NCBI GenBank assembly: GCA_034530615.2
Contig: JAVRCV020000033.1
Location: 64,001 to 128,000, forward strand
Direction: 5' to 3'
Length of the DNA: 64,000 nucleotides
Source: Aulosira sp. ZfuVER01
GTDB lineage: Bacteria > Cyanobacteriota > Cyanobacteriia > Cyanobacteriales > Nostocaceae
Part shown: positions 20,570 to 30,220 of the stretch, piece by piece
Layout of the letters: each line of letters begins with the position of its first letter
Position numbering within the stretch: the stretch's first letter is position 1
Position numbers and translations under genes: made by a program
Notes under the pieces: model-generated
What the model was told of the DNA's origin: nothing
Database searches by the model: none
Seen by the model: only the letters and a program-made list of their open reading frames with translations

Positions 20570-21508
20570 TCATGGAGATTTTTGAGAATATTTACAAGTA
20601 GCGGCTAAGGATTTAGCTTCAATAAAAATTTGTTTAATTTCAGGATGTTTTTGGCGTATTTTGGCTTCTAATCTATCTACTGTTAATGCTATTTCTTCAC
20701 CTGTGAGTTTCTTAGAAAATTGAATTTCTAAGTTGAGTAATACTTCCTGAGGAGCAAGCTGCATTGTGAGTACACGTAATACATCTTGGACTCCCGGTTC
20801 GGATTTAGACAGAGAACGAATATTATTTATAGTTTGAGGATTGGCACTTTCACCAACTAATAATCCTTTGCTTTCAATAGCTAGTAATACTGCAACAATG
20901 GCTAAAATAATACCAATAATAATTGAGGCAATACCATCAAAATAAATATTGTTAAATAAATGTCCTAAGAATATTCCTAATAAAGCTACAATCAAACCTA
21001 AAATTGCTGCTGAATCTTCAAATAATACAGTAAATACTGTAGGGTCTTTACTATTTTTAATTGCTTGCCAAAAACTTTGATTGCCTTTTGTGGGCAGAAA
21101 CTCTTTTAAAGCTACAGTCCATGAAGACCCCTCAAATAAAATCGCTACACCCAACACAATATAATTCCACATTGGGTCTTCTAAAGGAGTGGGGTTAATT
21201 ACATGAGTAATTCCTTCATAAATTGACATTCCGCCACCAATGGCAAAGATAAGAATAGCAACAATTAAAGTCCAGAAATAAAGTTCTTGCCCATAACCAA
21301 AGGGATGGCTATCATCTGCTGGCTTTTGGCTCATACGAATTCCCAGCAGCAGTAAAAGTTGGTCGCCAGTATCTACAACCGAATGAATACCTTCAGATAT
21401 CATCGCGGAACTGCCGGTAATGGCTGCGGCGATAAATTTAGTAATAGCGATCGCTAAATTAGCACCCATCGCTGCAAAAATTGTTTTTTTAGAAGAATCA
21501 GTTGCCAT
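20570..21508 (-). CDS. cation diffusion facilitator transporter
   Basis: TGSSAMISEGIHSVVD, HPFGYG.E, FEDSAA, C-terminal dimerisation domain. Confidence 0.9.
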   Translation of the reverse strand: MATDSSKKTIFAAMGANLAIAITKFIAAAITGSSAMISEGIHSVVDTGDQLLLLLGIRMSQKPADDSHPFGYGQELYFWTLIVAILIFAIGGGMSIYEGITHVINPTPLEDPMWNYIVLGVAILFEGSSWTVALKEFLPTKGNQSFWQAIKNSKDPTVFTVLFEDSAAILGLIVALLGIFLGHLFNNIYFDGIASIIIGIILAIVAVLLAIESKGLLVGESANPQTINNIRSLSKSEPGVQDVLRVLTMQLAPQEVLLNLEIQFSKKLTGEEIALTVDRLEAKIRQKHPEIKQIFIEAKSLAATCKYSQKSP

Positions 21509-21603
21509 GATACTAATTCATAATTCGTAATTAAAAAAATCAAATTTAATCTACTAAGTTTATGGATTTGAATTTGTTTTCTATTTTTGGCGAATTTATA
21601 TAG

Positions 21604-23724
21604 CTATTCAGAAACTTGTAGTTCGCCGTCAATATGAGTAACGTCCCATCGGGTTTTTTCTTCCTCCCGCCAAAAACGCAATGATACATTAGCGTCTCCC
21701 ACACTCAGATTTTTCAATTCCAAATCTGGCAAGCACTCTGGTAGATTAGGCTGTACCTTTAACTTTCGTTGTGGTGCATCGGCTTCCAGTCCCAAAATGC
21801 TGCGAATAAGTAAGAAAATTGAACCAGCTGCCCAGGCTTGAGGTATATTGGCATCTGGATATGGAACTGGAAAGTTATCATCTCGGCGTTCAATTCCTGC
21901 AAATAATTCTGGCATTCGCCCAGCCTGAAAATAACTAGCAGCCGCAAAAATACCCTCAGCAATACGGTTAGCTTGTTTGTAGTAGCCGTATCGCTTCAAT
22001 CCTGCGGCAATAATAGAGTTATCGTGTGGCCAAACACTTCCCCTTTGATAACTAATTGGGTTATAAGCTAGATTTTGCGCCGAAAGAGTCCGCACACCCC
22101 AACCACACCACATATCTGGCTGGAAAAGTCGCTCCACAACTTTTTGTGCCCTTTCTTGGGGTACAATACCAGACCATAGTAGATGACCGGGATTTGAAGC
22201 AATTGATTGAATTTGCTGCTTGTTGTTATCTAAGCCAAGACAGTAAAAGCCTTTCTCTTCCATCCAAAAGCGATCGTTAAAACGTTGATAAAGTGCTTTG
22301 GCTTTTTGACGTAGCTTTTTCGCTGTTTCTTGTTCTCCCCACACCTCATAAATAAAAGCTGCTTTTCGCCAAGCATCGTAAACGTAACCTTGTACCTCAC
22401 ACAAAGCTATTGGTGGCTCAACTAACTTACCATTTGGGTAAACCATTGATTCACCCGAATCTTTCCAACCTTGATTGCGTAATCCGTGAGTAGAACGAGT
22501 TAAATACTCAACAAACCCGTCATCATCAAAATCGCCATATTTATCAATCCAAGTTAATGCCTTTTCTAGTGGTGCGCGACATTCATTAAGCATACTCACA
22601 TCGGCGTTCCAGCTATAAGTCTCAGCCAGGGTAACAATCCACAGAATAGTAGTATCTACCGTTCCGTAATAGGGATTGTATGGGAGTTGATTGAGTTTAG
22701 TTAATTCGTCACGCCGCAATTCATGCAGCATCTTGCCAGGTTGAGCATCATGCCAGTCATCTAACTCAGTTGCTTGTAACTGAGCCAACCTTAAAAGCGT
22801 ACCACGAGCAAATTCGTGATAAACCGCCATCGTTTGTAAGCTAGCAATAATTGAGTCACGTCCAAAGACTGCCATAAACCAGGGAATACCCGCAGCCGGC
22901 ATCCAAAATTGATGCCCATTATCTTCTAGCTGAATTCGTAACGCCCCCATATCAACTAGCGCTTGTTGATAAAATCCGCTAATCTCGGCATTAGACGATC
23001 GCAACTTTGTCGCATTAGTCAGAAATTCATCGCTGACCTTTCCGGCTGCTGTTGTATGAGGTACAGCACAAGTTTGTTGCGGTTTGAGAACATCCCCATT
23101 AGCTAAGGCTGTAAAATTGATACAGCTGTGCCATGTTTTGCCAGGATTAATCACAACATTAAACATTAAACGACCGTTGGCATAGCTGGCTTGTGAAGTC
23201 AGGCAAACTGGCTCAGTCATGATGCCTCGGACAAAAGAACTGCTGCGGTATTTGGTAGTGAGTACACCATCTTTCCATACTGTTTCAGTATTACCCCGCG
23301 TTACGATGTTCTTGGCTTTGACTTCAAAGATATCTGCAAAGTCAGAACGAATCGCCAGCATTAATTGAAATTCAACTGGTTCTGAATGATAGTTAGCGAT
23401 TTCGATATCTTCGTGCATCCCTCCTACAATGTCGCGCCGGATGGTTATAAACAAACTGCCGTAAGGGAAATTACCGTTAATAGTAGGAAATACTTGATTA
23501 GTAAATTGATAAAGCGCACTATGATGATTGATATTGCTAGAAGCTAGCAGCAAAAGTCGGTAGCGATTAAGAGAAATTTCGTAGTAAGAAATTAGACGTG
23601 TGTCACGCACAAAAAAGCCTTGCGCTTGATTATCGTCTATGGAACCATCACTAGCTGTTACCAGAAATGAGGAACCATCGTTGATTGTGATTAAACCAGG
23701 GTTGACAGTAACTTGTGTGGGCAT
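21604..23724 (-). CDS. amylo-alpha-1,6-glucosidase / glycogen debranching family protein (start MPTQV; the ORF-track extension is STRR DNA)
   Basis: GFFVRDTR, AAGIPWF..FGRDS, NQGWKDSG, ALCEVQGY, SYQRGSVWPHDN, PELF.G, PQAWAAG. Confidence 0.85.
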   Translation of the reverse strand: MPTQVTVNPGLITINDGSSFLVTASDGSIDDNQAQGFFVRDTRLISYYEISLNRYRLLLLASSNINHHSALYQFTNQVFPTINGNFPYGSLFITIRRDIVGGMHEDIEIANYHSEPVEFQLMLAIRSDFADIFEVKAKNIVTRGNTETVWKDGVLTTKYRSSSFVRGIMTEPVCLTSQASYANGRLMFNVVINPGKTWHSCINFTALANGDVLKPQQTCAVPHTTAAGKVSDEFLTNATKLRSSNAEISGFYQQALVDMGALRIQLEDNGHQFWMPAAGIPWFMAVFGRDSIIASLQTMAVYHEFARGTLLRLAQLQATELDDWHDAQPGKMLHELRRDELTKLNQLPYNPYYGTVDTTILWIVTLAETYSWNADVSMLNECRAPLEKALTWIDKYGDFDDDGFVEYLTRSTHGLRNQGWKDSGESMVYPNGKLVEPPIALCEVQGYVYDAWRKAAFIYEVWGEQETAKKLRQKAKALYQRFNDRFWMEEKGFYCLGLDNNKQQIQSIASNPGHLLWSGIVPQERAQKVVERLFQPDMWCGWGVRTLSAQNLAYNPISYQRGSVWPHDNSIIAAGLKRYGYYKQANRIAEGIFAAASYFQAGRMPELFAGIERRDDNFPVPYPDANIPQAWAAGSIFLLIRSILGLEADAPQRKLKVQPNLPECLPDLELKNLSVGDANVSLRFWREEEKTRWDVTHIDGELQVSE

Positions 23725-23765
23725 AGGGCATAGGGCATAGGGCATTGGGCATAGGGCATTGGGCA
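23719..23765. repeat. STRR-type heptamer tandem repeat (GGGCATW)n
   Basis: gggcata gggcata gggcata gggcatt gggcata gggcatt gggca. Confidence 0.9.
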
Positions 23766-23867
23766 AGTAGTGAACAAAAGGGGAAGAGAGGCACAAAGGT
23801 ACAGGGAGAGTATTTCTGTAATTGTCCTCCTCTGCACCCCTGCTTCCTCTGCTTCCTTGTCCCCCTT

Positions 23868-24680
23868 CTAGCCATTCTCTGTAAAACCTGGATATAAGGT
23901 CATGCCACCATCTACAAATAGGGTTGTACCGTTGACATAATCAGAATCATCCGAAGCCAGCCACACTGCTGCTTTGGCAATGTCTTCTACTTCACCTACT
24001 CGTTTTGCTGGGATCAATTGGAGTAACTTCGCCTCGGCTTGTGGGATATCCCAAGCTGATTTATTTATAGGCGTTTTGATTGCACCAGGGGCAATGCTAT
24101 TAACGCGGATTTTATGAGGGGCAAGTTCTTGGGCAATACTTTGCATCATCATATTGATACCGCCTTTGCTGGCAGCATAATTTACATGACCCGCCCAAGG
24201 AATTACCTGATGTACTGAACTGATACAAATAATTTTGCCTGCGGCACAAGAGATATGAGGTTGCACGCCTCGGCGCAAAAACTCTTTTGCTGCTTCCCTA
24301 GCACACAGAAATTGCCCTGTGAGATTTACCCCAATCACTGCATTCCAATGGTCGAGGCTCATATCTACAAAAGCTGAGTCTTTTTGCATACCTGCATTGT
24401 TCACCAATATGTCAATAGTTCCAAATTGCTGAAGTGTTTGCTTAAACATCTCTTTGACTTGGTCTTCTTGACTAACATCTGCTTGAATAGCAAAAGCTTC
24501 ACCATTGTTGACTTTAATATCATCAACAATTTTTTGGGCTGCTTCAGCTTCAGAATGATAGTTAATAACTACTGCTGCACCAGATGAAGCTAAATTGCGA
24601 GCTATAGCTTCACCAATGCCAGAACTAGCACCTGTTACAAGTGCTTTTTGACCTTTGAGTAAGTAAGGAGAATAGCTCAT
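23868..24680 (-). CDS. glucose 1-dehydrogenase-like SDR
   Basis: TGASSGIG, VNNAG, SSVHQVIPW, YAASKGG, DGGMTLYP typical of glucose dehydrogenases. Confidence 0.85.
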   Translation of the reverse strand: MSYSPYLLKGQKALVTGASSGIGEAIARNLASSGAAVVINYHSEAEAAQKIVDDIKVNNGEAFAIQADVSQEDQVKEMFKQTLQQFGTIDILVNNAGMQKDSAFVDMSLDHWNAVIGVNLTGQFLCAREAAKEFLRRGVQPHISCAAGKIICISSVHQVIPWAGHVNYAASKGGINMMMQSIAQELAPHKIRVNSIAPGAIKTPINKSAWDIPQAEAKLLQLIPAKRVGEVEDIAKAAVWLASDDSDYVNGTTLFVDGGMTLYPGFTENG

Positions 24681-24957
24681 AATGTTTCTTGAAAATATAT
24701 ATAGATTCTTAGTGGTGCTTGTACCAAAAAATATATCTTTTATTAGTTTTTTCTTGTTAAGTATTCATGCATTTAAAAATTTAATAACTGATGTAAAAAC
24801 TGTTGCTATTGATGTATATAACCAAGAAAATACTGCTGAACTTGTGTCAAAAATTACGCGATGTTAATTTGATTTTTGATGACTATTGCTTTGATTCTGG
24901 CATTAATTTAAAGGTTTAATGTGGCGATCGCCTCTAGCCATCGGATGAATAAACACT

Positions 24958-24996
24958 TATATCCCAAGGTCTAGAAGATTTTCATTTAATTTTCAT
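24958..24996 (+). promoter_or_regulatory. composite element: 7-2-7 palindrome + TTTCAT-N5-TTTCAT
   Basis: TATATCC-CA-AGGTCTA, 6 bp, TTTCAT-TTAAT-TTTCAT. Confidence 0.6.
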
Positions 24997-25290
24997 AATT
25001 GTATGGAATCTTTAAAAGATGAAGGTAACAACAGTTGTTTTGCTAACAAAACTTAGATTTTATGAATTTTTTTGTATGTATTTTGTGATAAAAAATATAG
25101 TATTTAACAAAAATAAATAAATTATGATGAGAAATCATCCTTACGATAGTATTTTTTATTCTATTTCTTAGCTAAGAATACTTTTGTGGACAGCAATTTT
25201 CAAAGTTAAAACTCAATAACAAATTTGATTTTGGTCAAAATTAACTGATATTGCAGCTTCTGGTTATTACTAATTACTAAGGAGAAAGCG

Positions 25291-25785
25291 ATGCCTGCTC
25301 TGGCTCTCAATAGCCAAAATCTCCCATACCCCGACCCATTACACCCAATTATTGTCCATTTCGTGATTGCAATGGTGTTTTTCTCATTCGTTTGCGATGT
25401 GGTGGGTTATTTCACTCGCAATACACGTTTGTTTGAGGTCGGTTTCTGGAATATGTTTGTGGCGGCGATCGCAATTTTTGTCGCCATAATTTTGGGACAG
25501 TTTGAAGCCGGTCTAGCACAAACCTATCCAGCAGCCCAGCCCACACTTAATTTTCACACAGTCATGGGTTGGTCACTAGGGGCGATTGTGGCAGCAATTA
25601 CAGCTTGGCGGTTTGTAATTCGCGATCGCAATCCTCTCAAAGTTCCGCCTGCTTACCTGGGTGTGGCAACGTTTTTGATTTGCCTGGTGTTCTTGCAAGT
25701 ATATCTGGGAAGCAAATTATTTTGGGTATACGGCTTCCACGTCGAGCCTGTTGTCCAAGCCATGAAGCAGGGAGTTTCGCCATGA
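25291..25785 (+). CDS. DUF2231 membrane protein (ARTO operon)
   Basis: HPIIVHF, conserved His in TM helices, first gene of the oxidase operon. Confidence 0.85.
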   Translation: MPALALNSQNLPYPDPLHPIIVHFVIAMVFFSFVCDVVGYFTRNTRLFEVGFWNMFVAAIAIFVAIILGQFEAGLAQTYPAAQPTLNFHTVMGWSLGAIVAAITAWRFVIRDRNPLKVPPAYLGVATFLICLVFLQVYLGSKLFWVYGFHVEPVVQAMKQGVSP

Positions 25786-26387
25786 ACTCGCAACTAATTG
25801 ACTCTTTAGGGTTGAAGTTAGGCGCTAACGGACTACCCTACGAAATTCCCATGCACCCACAGTTGGTGCATTTAACATTGGGTTTGTTCATCATCGGTAT
25901 CTTGTTTGATATAGCAGGAGTTATTTTTCTCATTGAAAGACCAATCTTCAAATTTTTGGGTCTTACCGCCATTCGTTCTGGCTTCTTTGATGTTGGTTGG
26001 TACAACCTGCTAGCAGCAGCTATTGTGACATTTTTCACCGTTGCATTCGGTTTTTTCGAGCTACTGCTAGCAAACCCTGCGATCGATCAAAAAAGCGCTT
26101 GGGGATTGAGTCCTGGTTTGACAATGCTTTTGCATGGTTTGGGTGGTGTTTTGTTGCTGGGGATTATTGTCGCCATGACCGTATGGAGAGGTTTGCAACG
26201 CTATCGTTGGCGCAAAGATGCCTCCCGACAGGTGCAGTGGAGTTACTTATTAGCAGGGATTGCAATCATGGGTATTTTGTACGTTCACGGAACTTTAGGA
26301 GCGCAATTAGGAGAGGAGTTTGGCATTCACGTTACAGCAGCTAAGTTAATCCCAGAGGGTACAAACCCAAATTTGCTATTTAAATAA
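25782..26387 (+). CDS. DUF2231 membrane protein (ARTO operon), start MNSQLID
   Basis: ATGA overlap with upstream stop; HPQLVH, HGTLGAQLGEEFGIH. Confidence 0.85.
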   Translation: MNSQLIDSLGLKLGANGLPYEIPMHPQLVHLTLGLFIIGILFDIAGVIFLIERPIFKFLGLTAIRSGFFDVGWYNLLAAAIVTFFTVAFGFFELLLANPAIDQKSAWGLSPGLTMLLHGLGGVLLLGIIVAMTVWRGLQRYRWRKDASRQVQWSYLLAGIAIMGILYVHGTLGAQLGEEFGIHVTAAKLIPEGTNPNLLFK

Positions 26388-26389
26388 TT

Positions 26390-27307
26390 ATGCTGAGATT
26401 TTTGGAGTATTTATTAATAGCTGGTTGTATAGCAGTGCTGCTCGTTATCAGTCATGGAATTGGGCAGTTGGCCTATTCTTGGATGCCACCTGAAGCTACA
26501 GAAGAAGCGCAAAAGGTAGATAGTTTGTTTAGCTTTTTAACTTCAATTGGCGCGTTTATTATTCTTGGGCTTGTGGGCATGATGGTGTACTCGGTAATTT
26601 TTTTTCGTGCCGCCAAATATGACTACAGCGAGGGACACCCATCTAGAGGCGATCTCAGGCTAGAAATCTTATGGACAGCGACTCCAACCGTGCTAGTTTT
26701 ATGGATTGCTTTCCAAGGCTTCAATATTTATCAGCAATTAAATGTTCTGGGTTTGGGGCAAATCGTACATTTGCATTCACCTCTAGAAGAACCAGCCTAT
26801 GCGGTAGCTAGTGCTGACAAACCTAAACCAGCTGCGGAAACTGTTGAGGTTTTTGTCAAGCAGTGGGATTGGACTTTCCGCTATCCCAATAATGTTACTA
26901 GTAATGAATTGCACTTACCTGTAAACCTTCGGACTCGCCTCAATATGCACGCCAAGGACGTACTCCACAGTTTTTATGTCCCTGAGTTCCGCTTACAGCA
27001 ATATATTGTGCCTGGACGGAACATTGACCTTGTAGTTACACCCATTCGCACGGGGGAATACAAGCTCAAAGATGCACTATTTAGCGGTACTTACTTTGCT
27101 TTGATGGATGCCAAAGTCCGCGTTGAATCCCTTGAGCAATATAACCAGTGGTTAACCACAGCAGAAAAAGAACCAACAAGCATCAACAATCAGGCAGTAG
27201 CTGAGTATACCCAACCGCCAAAGACATTGTTTAAGAGTGGCTGGTACACTGTTGCACCTGCTCAAGAAGCGATCGCCAATGAAAGGAAAGTAATGAATGA
27301 CACATGA
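26390..27307 (+). CDS. ctaC: heme-copper oxidase subunit II, ARTO type (no CuA cysteines)
   Basis: LEILWTA.P, QWDWTFRY, DVLHSFYVP; CuA region reads DALFSGTYFALM. Confidence 0.9.
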   Translation: MLRFLEYLLIAGCIAVLLVISHGIGQLAYSWMPPEATEEAQKVDSLFSFLTSIGAFIILGLVGMMVYSVIFFRAAKYDYSEGHPSRGDLRLEILWTATPTVLVLWIAFQGFNIYQQLNVLGLGQIVHLHSPLEEPAYAVASADKPKPAAETVEVFVKQWDWTFRYPNNVTSNELHLPVNLRTRLNMHAKDVLHSFYVPEFRLQQYIVPGRNIDLVVTPIRTGEYKLKDALFSGTYFALMDAKVRVESLEQYNQWLTTAEKEPTSINNQAVAEYTQPPKTLFKSGWYTVAPAQEAIANERKVMNDT

Positions 27308-28973
27308 TTTTAGCGAAAATCTCACCAATGATAGAGAGCCGGAAAACGAGCCTGAGAATAACTGGCGACGATACTTGAGCTTCAGCACCGACCATAAAGC
27401 GATCGGCGTTCAGTACATGGTGATGACTTTCATTTTCTTTTTGGTTGGCGGACTGTTGGCGATGCTCATTCGTGCCGAACTGATTACGCCAGCATCAAAT
27501 GTGGTCGATCGCCCCCTGTACAACGGCTTATTTACATTGCATGGGACAATCATGATTTTTTTATGGATTATCCCATTTAATGCAGGTATCTCTAACTACT
27601 TAGTCCCCTTGATGATTGGCGCGCGGGATATGGCCTTTCCCCTGCTCAACGCCATCTCTTTCTGGATTCTGCCACCAAGCGGTATTTTATTAATATCTAG
27701 CTTCTTACTACCCAATGGTACAGCGCAGTCCGGCTGGTGGTCATATCCACCAATTAGTCTGCAAGTTCCTCCAGGTCAGCCAATTAACGGTGAATTTATT
27801 TGGATTGTAAGTATAGTCCTGATTGGCATCTCTTCAATTATGGGGGCTGTTAATTTTGTGACTACCATCTTTTGGATGCGGGCACCAGGAATGACCTTTT
27901 TTCGGATGCCTGTGTTTGTTTGGTCAGTTCTCAGTGCCCAGTTGTTGCAGCTAATTAATTTGCCTGCCCTCACAGGTGCGTTGATACTATTGTTATTTGA
28001 CCTCAGCTTTGGTACGCCATTCTTCAAACCCTTAGAGAATGGCGACCCGATCATTTACCAGCATCTATTCTGGTTCTACTCCCACCCCGCAGTTTACATT
28101 ATGGCACTACCTGCCTTCGGTATTTTTGCGGAGGTTCTGCCAGCCTTTTCCCGTAATCCCCTATTTGGCTATCGGTCATTAGCTGTTGCTTCTTTAGGTA
28201 TCGCTGTAGTCAGCATTTTCGTGTGGGTGCATCATATGTTCACCAGTGCTACCCCTGGCTGGATGCGGATGTTATTTATGGTGACATCAATGTTAGTTGC
28301 TGTGCCCACTGGTGTTAAGGCATTTGGTTGGACTGCGACAATTTGGAAGAGTAAGCTGCACCTAGAAACACCTATGCTGTTTGCTATGGGAGGTGCTGCC
28401 ATGTTTCTGCTCGGTGGTGTTACTGGGGTGATGCTCGCAGCAGTACCATTTGATATTCACGTCCACAATACCTACTTTATAGTGGGGCACTTCCACTACA
28501 TTGTTTTTAACACCATCACGATGGCAATCTTTGCTGCCATTTACTTTTGGTTTCCGAAGATTACTGGACGAATGTATGCTGAAGGCTGGGGCAAATTACA
28601 TTTCTGGTTAACTTTTATCGGTGCTAACTTGACTTTCTTCCCTATGCTCCCACTAGGTTTACAGGGAATGGTACGCCGAATTTCTTCCTATGACCCACGC
28701 TATCAAGGGTGGAATGTGATTGCTAGTCTAGGAGGATTTTTGTTAGGAGTATCAATACTACCTTTTATTGCCAATATGGTGGTTTCTTGCTTATACGGAC
28801 AGAGAGCAAGTAACAATCCCTGGCTGGCTACAGGGTTGGAATGGACAACCACCTCACCACCACCACAAGATAACTTTGAAGAAATTCCGGTTGTCAAAAG
28901 ACCTCCCTACGATTATGGCGATCCCAAATACTCAGTGATTGAACCTCCCGATTATCATCAGCAAGAACACTAA
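27297..28973 (+). CDS. ctaD: heme-copper oxidase subunit I
   Basis: STDHK, HGTIM, WFYSHPAVY, WVHHMF, GHFHY. Confidence 0.95.
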   Translation: MTHDFSENLTNDREPENEPENNWRRYLSFSTDHKAIGVQYMVMTFIFFLVGGLLAMLIRAELITPASNVVDRPLYNGLFTLHGTIMIFLWIIPFNAGISNYLVPLMIGARDMAFPLLNAISFWILPPSGILLISSFLLPNGTAQSGWWSYPPISLQVPPGQPINGEFIWIVSIVLIGISSIMGAVNFVTTIFWMRAPGMTFFRMPVFVWSVLSAQLLQLINLPALTGALILLLFDLSFGTPFFKPLENGDPIIYQHLFWFYSHPAVYIMALPAFGIFAEVLPAFSRNPLFGYRSLAVASLGIAVVSIFVWVHHMFTSATPGWMRMLFMVTSMLVAVPTGVKAFGWTATIWKSKLHLETPMLFAMGGAAMFLLGGVTGVMLAAVPFDIHVHNTYFIVGHFHYIVFNTITMAIFAAIYFWFPKITGRMYAEGWGKLHFWLTFIGANLTFFPMLPLGLQGMVRRISSYDPRYQGWNVIASLGGFLLGVSILPFIANMVVSCLYGQRASNNPWLATGLEWTTTSPPPQDNFEEIPVVKRPPYDYGDPKYSVIEPPDYHQQEH

Positions 28974-29017
28974 GAAGTCAGTTACCAAGATGGGGGAGAT
29001 GAGGGGAGTTTTTTCAC

Positions 29018-29073
29018 AATGCCCAATGACCAATGACCAATGCCCAATAACAAATGAACAATGACTAATGACA
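29018..29073. repeat. STRR-type heptamer run (AATGACC-like)
   Basis: aatgccc aatgacc aatgacc aatgccc aataaca aatgaac aatgact aatgaca. Confidence 0.85.
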
Positions 29074-29756
29074 AAAATTATGAACCTATGAACCGTGGCG
29101 TTATTCATGTAGATGAAAGTCCTATCCCTTTGGAACGATGGCGACAATACCTACCAAAGTGGCTAAAGCGTTTCCTACCAATTCGTGGTGGACGTTCTGA
29201 AGACCATCATGGTAAGGGGATGTTTGGGTTTACCGTCTTCCTGTTGTCGGAAAGCATAATTTTTTTGAGTTTTTTCTTCACATACATTGCCCTGCGATTG
29301 ACTCACTCAAGAAATTGGCTACCACCAGGTGTTTCGGGGCCGGAATTGTCTACTTTTGTAATTATTAACACTGTAGTTTTACTCTCCAGTAGCTTTGTCA
29401 TTCAACCAGCAGAAAATGCTCTCAAGCATCATCAGTTAAATAAATTTCGCTGGTTATGGCTAATGACGATTTGCATGGGAACCTATTTCTTAATTGGTCA
29501 AGGAATTGAATGGAGTCAACTTGATTTTGGGTTAAGTACGGGACTAGTAGGTTCTACATTTTATCTATTAACAGGTTTCCACGGTTTGCACGTTCTAACA
29601 GGTGTGAGTCTACAGATAATTATGCTGGTTCGCTCTTTTATTAGAGGTAACTACAATAAAGGTCACTTTGGTGTAAGTGCAACCACTTTATTTTGGCACT
29701 TTGTAGACGTAATTTGGGTTTTACTATTCTCACTTCTCTATATTTGGCACACATAA
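29061..29756 (+). CDS. ctaE: heme-copper oxidase subunit III
   Basis: FLLSES, NTVVLLSSS, FYLLTGFHGLHV, FWHFVDVIW. Confidence 0.95.
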   Translation: MTNDKNYEPMNRGVIHVDESPIPLERWRQYLPKWLKRFLPIRGGRSEDHHGKGMFGFTVFLLSESIIFLSFFFTYIALRLTHSRNWLPPGVSGPELSTFVIINTVVLLSSSFVIQPAENALKHHQLNKFRWLWLMTICMGTYFLIGQGIEWSQLDFGLSTGLVGSTFYLLTGFHGLHVLTGVSLQIIMLVRSFIRGNYNKGHFGVSATTLFWHFVDVIWVLLFSLLYIWHT

Positions 29757-29777
29757 AAACATCTTTGGAGTATTTTT

Positions 29778-30023
29778 ATGAATTTATATCTTCAAGACAT
29801 CCCAGCTTCAGATTTGCCTCCAAAAGCAATTCAAGAAACTCCAGCACCAGGCAAAGACCCCTTAATTGCACGTGGTTTACAAAAAGAACAGTACGTTGCT
29901 ATTAGCGTATTGGCGATTATTCTTGTTGCTGCTGTGGGATTTTTTAGCCGCAGAGTTGAATACGCTATTATGTTTGCTTTTGCTCTCAGCATTGTTTTTA
30001 TAGCGTTTGTTTTACTTATTTAG
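29778..30023 (+). CDS. small membrane protein (2 TM)
   Basis: GGAG RBS, two hydrophobic helices, co-oriented after ctaE. Confidence 0.65.
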   Translation: MNLYLQDIPASDLPPKAIQETPAPGKDPLIARGLQKEQYVAISVLAIILVAAVGFFSRRVEYAIMFAFALSIVFIAFVLLI

Positions 30024-30050
30024 ATAAGCCTCGGTCTTATTTTTTAGTTA

Positions 30051-30144
30051 ACTATAGCAGTCATAACAAATAGATCCCCGACTTCTTGAGAAGTCGGGGA
30101 TCTAAGCCTCTCGATATTTGCAAATCAAATAGGATTGCTATAGT
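30051..30144. mobile_element. MITE-like element containing a GATCCCCGAC palindrome
   Basis: ACTATAGCAGTC / GATTGCTATAGT inverted ends (11/12); inner TAGATCCCCGACTTCT..AGAAGTCGGGGATCTA. Confidence 0.7.
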
Positions 30145-30220
30145 GACAACATAATTGCACAACCAAGGGATGAAAATCTTTTATTCCCTGTTCCCTATTC
30201 TCAAGTTAGGAGATATCTGA

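Noticed and set aside
23651..23875. 74-aa ORF and the CPMP-rich N-terminal extension of the debranching enzyme
   Set aside because: Both are translations of heptamer and nonamer tandem repeats
25569..25781. Long N-terminal extension of the second DUF2231 gene
   Set aside because: Overlaps the upstream gene; ATGA coupling at 25782 is the better start
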